DNA of 64,000 nt, from positions 1-64,000 of the forward strand of contig JAYKGY010000104.1 in the NCBI GenBank assembly GCA_035285545.1, in the 5' to 3' direction. Every line of letters starts with the position of its first letter. Position 1 is the first letter of the stretch. Both the position numbers and the translations under genes were made by a program. The notes beneath the pieces are model-generated. The model made no database searches. It saw nothing but the letters and a program-made list of their open reading frames with translations, and had not been told where the DNA came from. This document shows, one piece after another, positions 11,050 through 20,674 of this stretch. Origin of the DNA: Snowella sp. (GTDB lineage Bacteria; Cyanobacteriota; Cyanobacteriia; Cyanobacteriales; Microcystaceae).

Positions 11050-11850
11050 ATGCCCTTGTATCGCCCGAAACTCAAAACTGAATTAAAAAAACGGCTGGAT
11101 TCGACCTGGTGCGATCGCCTTTCTTTGTTGTTATTGGATTGTATTCCTTCTACGAATCAACTGCTGTGGGACAAATTAGCCGAGGGAAAAACCTTCCCTT
11201 TAGTCGCGATCGCGGATCAACAAACCGCAGGACGGGGACAATGGGGACGAACTTGGCAATCGGAACAGGGCGGGCTTTATTTATCCTTGGGTTTACCGTT
11301 AGGCATCCCGATTCAACAAGGGGCGCATATTACCCTGTGGAGTGCCTGGGGAATGGCTGAAACCCTCAGACAAAATCAGATTCCGGTGGGCTTAAAGTGG
11401 CCCAATGATCTCGTTTTAAACCAACGCAAATTAGGAGGAATTAAGACCGAAACAAAAGTTTATCAGGACAAAATCCAGCAAGCGGTGATCGGGGTGGGCT
11501 TAAATTGGGCCAATGCCGTACCTGAAACCGGAATTAATTTACAAACCTTTTGTGAGCAACATCACTTAGATCCGATAGATCCGATGGATTCTCTCGAAAC
11601 CTTAGCCGCGATCGCGCTACAGGGAATTTTATGGGGTTATCAGCGGTATTGTGATGAAGGGATTGAGGGAATTTTAGCAGCTTATTTAAACTATTTTGTC
11701 AATTTAGGTCAGGAAATTTGCGTTGAAAATATGCTAGGGATCATTACAGGAGTCAGTGAACAAGGGGAATTAAAAGTTCGTTTGCAATCTCCAGGCGCGA
11801 CAACCGAGATCCACTTGCCCTTAGGCAGTATACAGCTAGGCTATGCTTAA
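11050..11850 (+). CDS. birA: Biotin-[acetyl-CoA carboxylase] ligase
   Basis: STN, QTAGRGQWGRTW and KWPND...KLGGI motifs; ATG at 11050 preferred over TTG at 11038. Confidence 0.93.
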   Translation: MPLYRPKLKTELKKRLDSTWCDRLSLLLLDCIPSTNQLLWDKLAEGKTFPLVAIADQQTAGRGQWGRTWQSEQGGLYLSLGLPLGIPIQQGAHITLWSAWGMAETLRQNQIPVGLKWPNDLVLNQRKLGGIKTETKVYQDKIQQAVIGVGLNWANAVPETGINLQTFCEQHHLDPIDPMDSLETLAAIALQGILWGYQRYCDEGIEGILAAYLNYFVNLGQEICVENMLGIITGVSEQGELKVRLQSPGATTEIHLPLGSIQLGYA

Positions 11851-12140
11851 ACGTTTTACTACTATCAAGTTTGAGTTAAGAAGTGATTAAGAAAATGGCC
11901 ATTATTCATTAATCTTTACTCATAGATTCAGGGGACAAAATAAGCTAAACTTTTCCTATTCCGAATGATAGATCTCTTTGATAAATTAACGTTAAGTGAC
12001 TAGTATGCCTACAAATCCTTCTTAAATCAAGTAAAATGAAAAGATAAAATAAAAATATTGGTTCGATTTTTTTGCTTCAGCTTAAGGCGAATAGCTTTGA
12101 AAAAAAAAGAAATCAATCGTTACAAATTTTGATCAAATCC

Positions 12141-13133
12141 ATGACAGAGCAACCGGATGCAAGGACATTAGGCGATTGGTCTAGAATTGCCATTGAACAG
12201 TATTATCAGAAAATTTTAAAGCATGAACCCAAGGTTTTAAAAAATAAAGATCCCGAAGAATTACATCAAATGCGGGTTGGAATGCGGCGACTGCGAACAG
12301 CATTGGTGGGCTTTTCCCAAGCGATTATTTTACCCAAAGCGGTGACTGAAAAAAAAGTGGGTTTAATTGCAAGAATTTTAGGAGAATTGCGGGATCTGGA
12401 TGTTTTAGAAGAAACCCTGACTAAAATTTATGCTCCTGAGTTACCGAATAGCGAGAAACAAAAGTTAGGCAAAACCCTAGATTCTCTCGAAAAGCGACGC
12501 AAACAAGCAGCCCAAGCCACTAAAGATATTTTAAATAAACCGCTTTACAAAAATCTTAAAACCGAATTGGAACACTGGCTAGCGCAGCCTAAATATTCAG
12601 CGATCGCGGCGTTACCGATTGAGTCCGTTTTACCAGATTTGTTATTACCCCAGGTCAGTAATTTTTTACTCCATTCAGGATGGTTGGTGGGAGCTTATTT
12701 AGAACCCCAAGAAGGAGAATTTTTATCAAATACGGTGTTAAATAAGTCGTTAGAAATGTTATCTCATGCCGAAGAAATTAAATTGCATAGTTTACGGAAA
12801 GAAGCGAAACGAACCCGCTACTTAATGGAACTTCTCAGTGATTTTTATGGCGACAACTATCACACAATTCTTAAAAAAATCAAAAACTTACAGGAAGTTC
12901 TGGGTGAAATCCAAGATAGTTTTGTGTTAAGACAGTTATTGGCTGATAGTTATGGTCATCATCTCCGTCAGACAATGCCGACCCTGACCCAACACATTCG
13001 AGAACATCGTCAGCAAAAAGGACAGGATTGGGAAGAATTACGGCGATTTTTTCTGAATCCCGACACCCGAATTGCCTTACGCACCAGTGTTCAATCCCCC
13101 CAGTCCGCTATCCTGACGGCAACTTCCCACTAA
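12141..13133 (+). CDS. CHAD-domain protein
   Basis: LHQMRVGMRRLR, LG.LRDLDV, LHSLRK..KR.RY and LGEIQD motifs; ATG at 12141 is the likely start. Confidence 0.9.
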   Translation: MTEQPDARTLGDWSRIAIEQYYQKILKHEPKVLKNKDPEELHQMRVGMRRLRTALVGFSQAIILPKAVTEKKVGLIARILGELRDLDVLEETLTKIYAPELPNSEKQKLGKTLDSLEKRRKQAAQATKDILNKPLYKNLKTELEHWLAQPKYSAIAALPIESVLPDLLLPQVSNFLLHSGWLVGAYLEPQEGEFLSNTVLNKSLEMLSHAEEIKLHSLRKEAKRTRYLMELLSDFYGDNYHTILKKIKNLQEVLGEIQDSFVLRQLLADSYGHHLRQTMPTLTQHIREHRQQKGQDWEELRRFFLNPDTRIALRTSVQSPQSAILTATSH

Positions 13134-13169
13134 ACTTTTCCGTTTTACCCTCCCTATTCCTTACCTCCC

Positions 13170-15218
13170 ATGCGATCGCAAACCATGAACCTAGAAATGA
13201 AAGCTGTTCTGGAAAATACCGCCGACGCGGAATCGGCCCAACTTGTCCTCCCATCGGGGTCACAGCCTTGGAGTATCGAGGATAGTGAAAATCTCTATCG
13301 AATTGAAGGATGGGGCGATCCCTATTTTTCGATTAATGCCGCCGGACACGTTACGGTTTCTCCCCAGGGCGATCACGGCGGATCGTTGGATCTGTATGAA
13401 TTAGTCGAATCCCTGCGTAAACGGAATATTGGTTTGCCCTTACTCTTGCGCTTTTCCGATATTTTGGCTGATCGCATCAATCGTTTAAATGCCGCCTTTG
13501 CTAGAGGAATTGCTCGCTATAACTATCCCAACACCTATCGCGGTGTGTACCCCATCAAGTGCAATCAACATCGCCACATTGTTGAATCCCTAGTTCGCTA
13601 TGGAAAACCCTATTATTTTGGGCTAGAAGCCGGATCAAAACCCGAATTAATGATTGCTTTAGCCATGCTAGAGCCGACCATTAGCCCCAATTCCGATGTG
13701 CCCCAATCGCTGCTGATTTGTAACGGCTATAAGGATCGGGAATATATTGAAACGGCTTTACTCGCTCGACGCTTAGGCCATCAACCCATTATTGTGGTGG
13801 AACAGGTTGCGGAAGTTACCTTAGCGATTGAAATCAGCCGTAATTTAGGGATTAAGCCCATTTTAGGGGTACGGGCAAAATTAAGTACCCAAGGAGTTGG
13901 CCGTTGGGGCACCTCTACCGGCGATCGCGCCAAGTTTGGCCTGACCATTCCCGAAATGTTATCCGTTGTCAATCAACTCAAAGCGGCAGAGATGTTGGAT
14001 TGTCTGCAACTACTCCATTTTCATATCGGCTCCCAAATTTCAGCCATTTCCGTTTTAAAAGAAGCTATGACCGAAGCCAGCCAGATTTATGTGCAGTTGG
14101 CTAAGTTAGGCGCGAATATGCAGTTTTTAGATGTGGGAGGAGGCTTAGGGGTGGATTACGACGGATCTAAAACCAATTTCTATGCCTCGAAAAATTACAA
14201 CATTCAAAATTACGTTAACGACATTATTTCTGCGGTTCAAGAAGCCTGTGAAGCAGCGAATATTGCTTGTCCAACCTTGGTGAGTGAAAGTGGACGGGCG
14301 ATCGCGTCCCATCAGTCGGTGTTAATTTTTGATGTCCTCGCCACCAATGATGTCCCCAATGAACTGCCAGAAAGCGTTAAGGAAAAAGAGCATTTAATTA
14401 TTCGCAATCTCTGGGAAACCTACGAAACCATTACCAGCGAAAATTATCAAGAAGCCTACCACGATGCGGTGCAATTCAAAGAAGAAGCGACTAGTTTATT
14501 CAATTTTGGCTATCTTAGCTTGAAAGAACGGGCCCGAGCCGAGCAATTATATTGGGTTTGTTGTCGCAAAATTCTAGAAATTAGCCGTCAGCAGGAATAT
14601 GTCCCCGATGACCTCGAAGACCTCGAAAAAATCATGGCTTCGATTTACTACATTAATTTGTCGGTATTTCAATCGGCTCCCGATTCCTGGGCGATCGATC
14701 AACTCTTTCCCATCATGCCCATTCACCGCTTAGATGAAGAACCCACCAATCGAGGAATGTTAGCCGATATTACCTGCGATAGTGACGGAAAAATTGACCA
14801 ATTTATTGATCTGCGCGATGTGAAATCGGTTTTAGAGTTACATCCCTTAATTAATGAATCGTTAACAGCGGGCAATGCTGAAAGCCCAGTAAAAAAATAT
14901 CAACCCTATTATTTAGGAATGTTTTTAGTGGGAGCTTATCAAGAAATCATGGGCAATTTCCACAATTTATTTGGGGATATTAATGTTGTCCATATTCAAA
15001 TGAATCCCAAGGGTTATCAAATTGAACATTTAGTTAAAGGGGACAAAATTTCTGAAGTGTTGAGTTATGTTCAATACGATGCCGAGGATTTAATCGAAAA
15101 TATGCGACGCTATACCGAACAAGCCCTAGAAGATAATCACATGACCTTAGAACAATCCCAATTATTATTAGAAAATTATGAGCGCAGCCTACGGCATTAT
15201 ACCTATTTAGCCAATTAA
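13170..15218 (+). CDS. speA: Biosynthetic arginine decarboxylase
   Basis: YPIKCNQ, GLEAGSKPE, HFHIGSQI, DVGGGLGVDYDG and TCDSDG motifs. Confidence 0.97.
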   Translation: MRSQTMNLEMKAVLENTADAESAQLVLPSGSQPWSIEDSENLYRIEGWGDPYFSINAAGHVTVSPQGDHGGSLDLYELVESLRKRNIGLPLLLRFSDILADRINRLNAAFARGIARYNYPNTYRGVYPIKCNQHRHIVESLVRYGKPYYFGLEAGSKPELMIALAMLEPTISPNSDVPQSLLICNGYKDREYIETALLARRLGHQPIIVVEQVAEVTLAIEISRNLGIKPILGVRAKLSTQGVGRWGTSTGDRAKFGLTIPEMLSVVNQLKAAEMLDCLQLLHFHIGSQISAISVLKEAMTEASQIYVQLAKLGANMQFLDVGGGLGVDYDGSKTNFYASKNYNIQNYVNDIISAVQEACEAANIACPTLVSESGRAIASHQSVLIFDVLATNDVPNELPESVKEKEHLIIRNLWETYETITSENYQEAYHDAVQFKEEATSLFNFGYLSLKERARAEQLYWVCCRKILEISRQQEYVPDDLEDLEKIMASIYYINLSVFQSAPDSWAIDQLFPIMPIHRLDEEPTNRGMLADITCDSDGKIDQFIDLRDVKSVLELHPLINESLTAGNAESPVKKYQPYYLGMFLVGAYQEIMGNFHNLFGDINVVHIQMNPKGYQIEHLVKGDKISEVLSYVQYDAEDLIENMRRYTEQALEDNHMTLEQSQLLLENYERSLRHYTYLAN

Positions 15219-15462
15219 TTTCAGAATTTATTTCATTTTGCCCAGAACGCGATCATATAAAATATGGGTGTTCAATTTGATTTAAGGTTCTACCGAACTT
15301 ATCATATCCTTCAAGTGCTAGCTTGAAAGAGGCCCAATCGGTCATTAATCAATTATTAGATAAGCCAAAATTGACATCTGAGACAGAAAATTACACTGAA
15401 TCAACCTTGTAAATAGGTGAATATTCATTTAACTGATAAATTTTATTACCAATATATAAGAC

Positions 15463-17241
15463 ATGAATCCAGAAATTACTTTAACGTGGAATATCCTAGA
15501 GGAAGCTTTTGAAATTGTTAATATTGCTTCTATTACTGTTAATCCTCAAGATGCGATCGCAACTTACAAGAGTGCAGATGATCCTAATCAAGAGGGGAAT
15601 AATGAAATCCCCGAAGAAGTTTGGATAGACTATACTCCTCCTCTTCCCTATATTAAAAACACTACTCGCAACTTACAATTCAATGAATCTCAATTTATCG
15701 CCTCTCCCGGAGAACAAATCGGGGTAACAAGCTATATAACAACTTCCGATGGGTATACATGGGCGGCGATGTCCACTGCAATTAATGCTATGTGGCCTTA
15801 TAATTCTGCTGATTATTCTGGTATTGCAAGTCAAAGTGCTTATTATGCTGGAAATATTGTCGTTACTCCCTCTGCCGGCGTGGTAAAAGTCACCGCTAAT
15901 TATAAAGGGCAAAATATGAAGTTTTGGGCAAATGAAGATGGGTTAGCTTCCGATAATCCTAATGCCATCAAGCTCGATCGATATTTTGTCATCGATGAAT
16001 GGGGTAATGAATATATTATGCACGCATCAGGAGAATTAGATCAAAGTCAAGTCGCTAAAGTTTTTGAGGAGGCAATATTACCCGAAGGTTGGACAAAAGA
16101 AATCCGTCAATTATCAGAAGATTTGATTTTAACTCCTGCCGAAGGTGGTGATGGCAGTTTTCATTATCTAGTATTTCGTGATAGTGCCGATAACAGTTAT
16201 CATCAGACAAAATGGTCTAATAAAGGCTCACTTGCGGCTCAAATCAAGAATTTTCCTATTTGGGGTGGACAAGACGATAACATTCTTTTCGGGGATGCTA
16301 ATGGCGAAATCAGGGATGATTTGATTTACGGTGCGGGGGGCAATGATACAATTGTTCCGGGTTTAGGCAATGATGTCATTTGGGGAGATGCAGGTATTGA
16401 TACTGTGATTTTGGCAGGGAATAGTTCTGATTATTTAATCGAAGAAATCTCCTCTGAAAAAATCAGTACTTTTACAGTGTCAGGATTTGGTTATATCAAA
16501 ACCCTTTATGATGTAGAAAATTTGCAGTTTGATAACAAAACAATTTCTTTAAAGAATCAAGATCTTCCTTTTCCCAAACCTAGTAACCCCCCTGAAACAA
16601 AATTTATTCCTGCTCCAGGAACCGATAACCTCGGAAGTTTCGTTTACGACTTACAAAATGTTTCAGAATCAGTAAATGCCAAAGCAGATGACGGTGCCTT
16701 CAAACAAACAAATGCTGATTTTACGAACCTAGTTGGGCTTTATGAAGTTCTTGATGCCAGCGGCGCGATCGTGGATACCTTTAATCTTGATCCTAACAGT
16801 GATTTTCTCAGACCGGGGGATATCGGGTACGCTCGAACTGCGATCTCTAACCGAGTCAATAACTTTGTTTTGCAACAAGGAGGGGATATCAGTAAAAATA
16901 CAACGGCTGCAAGCTTCGGTGACGTATTACTCCAAGGTAGACGGCTTTATTCACCGTTCATTATTGCCAATGGCGGAAATCTTGTTCCTGTCGGCGGCAC
17001 GATTGATGATGGCATTAATGCTTTTCTGCAAAAAAATCCAAATAACACAGCCGCAACTCGTGAAAACTATATGAACTTTGAAGTTGCTTACTTTACCTTT
17101 GGATCTGCTAATCCTGATGGGACTGAACACCTTAAAAATTGGGGAGATAACATCTTTGGTTTTGAAGATTTGCCTGGTAATTTAGGCATCAGCGACTTTG
17201 ACTTTAATGATGCGGTCTTTAAGTTCACATTTGTTGTTTAA
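15463..17241 (+). CDS. Secreted-type protein: uncharacterised N-terminal domain + RTX Ca-binding repeats + C-terminal DUF4114-like domain
   Basis: GGxGxD-like repeats (YGAGGNDTIVPGLGNDVIWGDAGID); C-terminal ANPDG..H...FGFEDL...DFDFND. Confidence 0.75.
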   Translation: MNPEITLTWNILEEAFEIVNIASITVNPQDAIATYKSADDPNQEGNNEIPEEVWIDYTPPLPYIKNTTRNLQFNESQFIASPGEQIGVTSYITTSDGYTWAAMSTAINAMWPYNSADYSGIASQSAYYAGNIVVTPSAGVVKVTANYKGQNMKFWANEDGLASDNPNAIKLDRYFVIDEWGNEYIMHASGELDQSQVAKVFEEAILPEGWTKEIRQLSEDLILTPAEGGDGSFHYLVFRDSADNSYHQTKWSNKGSLAAQIKNFPIWGGQDDNILFGDANGEIRDDLIYGAGGNDTIVPGLGNDVIWGDAGIDTVILAGNSSDYLIEEISSEKISTFTVSGFGYIKTLYDVENLQFDNKTISLKNQDLPFPKPSNPPETKFIPAPGTDNLGSFVYDLQNVSESVNAKADDGAFKQTNADFTNLVGLYEVLDASGAIVDTFNLDPNSDFLRPGDIGYARTAISNRVNNFVLQQGGDISKNTTAASFGDVLLQGRRLYSPFIIANGGNLVPVGGTIDDGINAFLQKNPNNTAATRENYMNFEVAYFTFGSANPDGTEHLKNWGDNIFGFEDLPGNLGISDFDFNDAVFKFTFVV

Positions 17242-17260
17242 GTTGCAGTGTAAGCGAAAG

Positions 17261-17478
17261 ACCTGATTGACTGACAAAACTTCTAGAACCCTTTGAAAAT
17301 AAGGACTTCATCGCATTTATCCCCGATTGATTAAAAGCAAGGGGTTTAAACCAATAACCTAAGTCAACAAACTAGTTATTAAGATGCTGGTCGCCCTTCC
17401 TTGCTCCCTGACACTCTGAAATATTTGCTATACAAAGATTGTAGAGCTTTTGTTTAAACTTTTGTCAGTCAATCAGGT
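17261..17478. mobile_element. MITE (non-autonomous element, 218 bp) with 19-bp perfect terminal inverted repeats
   Basis: ACCTGATTGACTGACAAAA (17261-17279) and TTTTGTCAGTCAATCAGGT (17460-17478); no ORF in the track. Confidence 0.85.
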
Positions 17479-18012
17479 AAGTTGGTCATGGTTACAAAAT
17501 TATGTGAATAATAAATTTGCTTCAGTGTCTCGTCAGGTAAGCGTTTCGATGAAAGCATGAGGAAAATTGACTATCGAATGTGATGAACTTTGGTCATTTG
17601 TTTTTTCCAAAGAAAATAAGTTTTATGTATGGCTAGCAATAGATAGAAAAAACAGAGAAATTGCGGGTTGCTATATTGGAGATAGAAGCCGTGAATCAGC
17701 CCGAAAACTCTGGGCAAGTCTGCCTGCTGTTTATCGACAATGTGCCGTTGCTTACACAGATTTTTGGGTATCTTATGAGAAAGTTATTCCCAGTAAACGT
17801 CATCGAGCAGTCGGCAAAGAGACGGGCCAAACTAATCATGTTGAAAGATTAAATAATACCTTTCGCCAACGAATTTCTCGATTGGTTAGAGAAAATCTCT
17901 CTTTTTCCAAAAATGTGGAGAATTATATGGGGGCAATTTGGTACTTTATACACGACGACAATGCTCAATTAGCAACGGCTTAAGCCTCCACCACTACTAT
18001 CGAATCACTACC
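17477..18012 (+). pseudogene. IS1-family transposase remnant (5'-truncated, in-frame stop) with right IR end
   Basis: Frame reads VSWSWLQNYVN...MKA*GKLTIECDELWSFV...YTDFW..Y...TNHVERLNNTFRQR; TGA at 17558-17560; element ends in CACTACC (18006-18012), the reverse complement of an IS1-type GGTAGTG terminus. Confidence 0.85.
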
Positions 18013-18017
18013 AAGGG

Positions 18018-19082
18018 TTACTTGCTAGGGAAATCGCTATGGGCTACGTCTTCATTAATCCAAGCTTTAATGAGTTCGTAGGCCAGGGCTAATAAGACAG
18101 GCCCAACAAATAACCCCAGAATGCCATAAACAACGACTCCACCGAACACACCGAGCAAAATGATCACCATCGGGACAGGTAAGCCGCGTGCCATTAAGAT
18201 AGGTTTTAAAAAGTTGTCCACTAGAGTTGTGGGAATCATCCAGAGGGTAAACAGTAAGGCTGAGGGAAATGCCATTGTTGACCAAGCAAAGATAATACAA
18301 CCCAAGACAATTAAGCCTGGCCCGATTTGAATGATCGCTAAAATCAAACTCAGAAAAGTCCATAATCCTGCTGCGGGGATCTGAAAAACAACCAGCCCAA
18401 ACCCGATCAAGAGAGCTTGTAAAATCGCAATTCCCAGAATTCCGCGAGTGACATTACGGACGGTGGAAACGGTTAAATTAATTAATGCCTCGCCTCGTTC
18501 TGCAACTAATCGTTGGGCAAATTGGTGAATTCCTCGATTCAAGCGTTTGGCATCCAGCGTAATGATTCCCGCAATAATGATAGAAACAATAAACTTAAGG
18601 GTGGTAATGCTAACCCCAGTGGCGATGAACAGTGAATTTTTCGCTAATTCCTTCAACAAAGGCTGATAACGATTGACGAGTTCTCCCATATTGACAGACG
18701 CTAACTGCCAAATCGACGTTAACTGATCCCCAATTAAGGGCCAGGTCGCCACACTGGGAGGAGGAGCAGGAATGAGGGGGGTTCCCGCTTCGATTTTTCC
18801 CGCTAAGGCTTGGACGTTATGCACCAACAGCGTGGCTAATACGCTAACGGGGCCGATAATAATCCCAACCCCCACCAGCATCAAGAGTGCAGCAGCTAAT
18901 TTTTTTCGTCCGCCCAGAAGACTCTTCAATCTTAAAAAGAGGGGAAACCAGGCGATCGCGAGAATTGCTCCCCAGAGAATGACGGTGCCAAAGGGACGCA
19001 ACAGCAGGAAAGACCAATAAAATAGCAGCCCTAGACACAGTAGCCGAATAATAAGAGTGATTAATTTAGCGTCTTTTTCCAT
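18018..19082 (-). CDS. AI-2E-family transporter
   Basis: Polytopic membrane protein with DNFLKPIL...GG...GILGLFVGP signature. Confidence 0.92.
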   Translation of the reverse strand: MEKDAKLITLIIRLLCLGLLFYWSFLLLRPFGTVILWGAILAIAWFPLFLRLKSLLGGRKKLAAALLMLVGVGIIIGPVSVLATLLVHNVQALAGKIEAGTPLIPAPPPSVATWPLIGDQLTSIWQLASVNMGELVNRYQPLLKELAKNSLFIATGVSITTLKFIVSIIIAGIITLDAKRLNRGIHQFAQRLVAERGEALINLTVSTVRNVTRGILGIAILQALLIGFGLVVFQIPAAGLWTFLSLILAIIQIGPGLIVLGCIIFAWSTMAFPSALLFTLWMIPTTLVDNFLKPILMARGLPVPMVIILLGVFGGVVVYGILGLFVGPVLLALAYELIKAWINEDVAHSDFPSK

Positions 19083-19199
19083 AAATCAAAATCACGATGA
19101 ACTTGGGCAGCCAATCATTAAGCAGTATTTAACTCTATGTGCGCCCTAACCATGAATTTCTTTGACTTGCTATTAAACCTTAAAGTTGCACCACTTGAT

Positions 19200-19339
19200 A
19201 AATAGACCTGTTGGGCAACAAAAAAATCGCTGAAATGATTATATAGCAAGGCTTTTGATGATTACACATAAAAACACTAGAATGCTTGTCTGATAAGGCC
19301 TTGAAGGGTTTCTAAGCTTATAACCCAACAATTCTATTT
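19200..19339. mobile_element. Possible degenerate MITE (~140 bp)
   Basis: AAATAGACCTGTTGGG at the left versus CCCAACAATTCTATTT at the right (14/16 inverted match). Confidence 0.45.
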
Positions 19340-19773
19340 TTATAAACTCTGTTGATTTTTCGAGCTACTCTTTAGCTTTTTGAGATTTGAGATAAAAAAT
19401 AACTGGGATATTACGGGTTCAATTTTTGTGACCTTTAATTTCTCTCTTTATGTATAAGTTGTATAACTTAAAAATTTAAATTGAATGCTCTGCAAAAAAG
19501 CGTTTAATCCAATTTATTCTTTACATTATTTATAGATTTAAGCTCAACTGTTTTCTTGATTTTAGATAAAATGAAAATAAGCTAAGTTACGGTAAAACAG
19601 TTTTAATTTGTTAACAATTTGTGAAGCTGAATCATTAACTGAATAAGTTTAGATTAAACGGATAGTTAAAAGATTTGGAGGCTAAATTTGCTGTTTTTGT
19701 GAGCAAGTCTCTGACTCATTGAATGAATAAATTAAAAATCAACTTGATTTTAAATGATTGACTTTTATTTACT

Positions 19774-20646
19774 ATGAATAATCGCTTTTTCGTAGTCTGT
19801 TTAACGCTCTCGCTCGCCATTCCGCTTTCTCCGTTAGTGGCCCAGCCGATTGAGACTTTATTACAACAAGGGTATGATGCCCAATCACAAGCGAACTATC
19901 GGGACGCAGAACGGGTTTCTCGTCAGATTATTGAACGGGATCCCCGCAATTTAGAAGCCTATTCCTTATTAGCGAATGCTTTTTATAGTCAAGGAAAATT
20001 TAGCGATGCGATCGCGGCCTATCGGAGTGCGTCTCAAATCGATCCCAAAAATCCGAATATTTACTACGATTTAGGGATTCTTTTTGCTGAACAGGGGGAT
20101 TTCACCGCTGCGATCGCCCATTATCAAAAAGCCTTAGCGATCAATCCGAAGTTTACCGATGCTCATTACAACCTGGGACTAGCACAGTATGCTCAGGGAG
20201 ATATCAAAGCAGGGATGGTCAGTTTTCAACAGGCCATTCAATCCGATCCCCAGGAGGTAGATGCTTACATTTGGCTAGGTAAGGGCTATCAACACCAAAA
20301 ACAAACGAATCAGGCCATTAATACTTGGAAAAAAGCCATTCAAATCGATCCCCAATCGACCTATGCCTACAACAGCTTAGGGGAAGTCTTTGCTAAACAA
20401 AAAAAATATCGGGAAGCGATCGCCTATTACCGTCAAGCCCTAGCCGTTCCCGATCAATTCGGCATCCCCGTAAGTGCCCACACCTTAGCCCACAATGGTT
20501 TAGGCTACGTTTTACAACAACAAGGTCAACTAGAGCAAGCGATCCGAGAATATCAAGCAGCCCTAGACATTGAACCCAATTTCACCCCAGCCCAAACTAA
20601 TCTAGCGAAAGCTCAAGCCTTACGCAATGCTCGTCAACAATCCTGA
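19774..20646 (+). CDS. Tetratricopeptide-repeat protein with signal peptide
   Basis: Signal-like N-terminus followed by several 34-aa TPR units (AHYNLG, AYNSLG, AHNGLG). Confidence 0.9.
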   Translation: MNNRFFVVCLTLSLAIPLSPLVAQPIETLLQQGYDAQSQANYRDAERVSRQIIERDPRNLEAYSLLANAFYSQGKFSDAIAAYRSASQIDPKNPNIYYDLGILFAEQGDFTAAIAHYQKALAINPKFTDAHYNLGLAQYAQGDIKAGMVSFQQAIQSDPQEVDAYIWLGKGYQHQKQTNQAINTWKKAIQIDPQSTYAYNSLGEVFAKQKKYREAIAYYRQALAVPDQFGIPVSAHTLAHNGLGYVLQQQGQLEQAIREYQAALDIEPNFTPAQTNLAKAQALRNARQQS

Positions 20647-20674
20647 GCTTAAGCCCTCTGCTGTCCAATTCGGA

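Noticed and set aside
17558..17560. Programmed read-through or frameshift in the IS1 transposase
   Set aside because: There is no A6-type slippery run at this point and the element is 5'-truncated; a nonsense mutation is the simpler explanation
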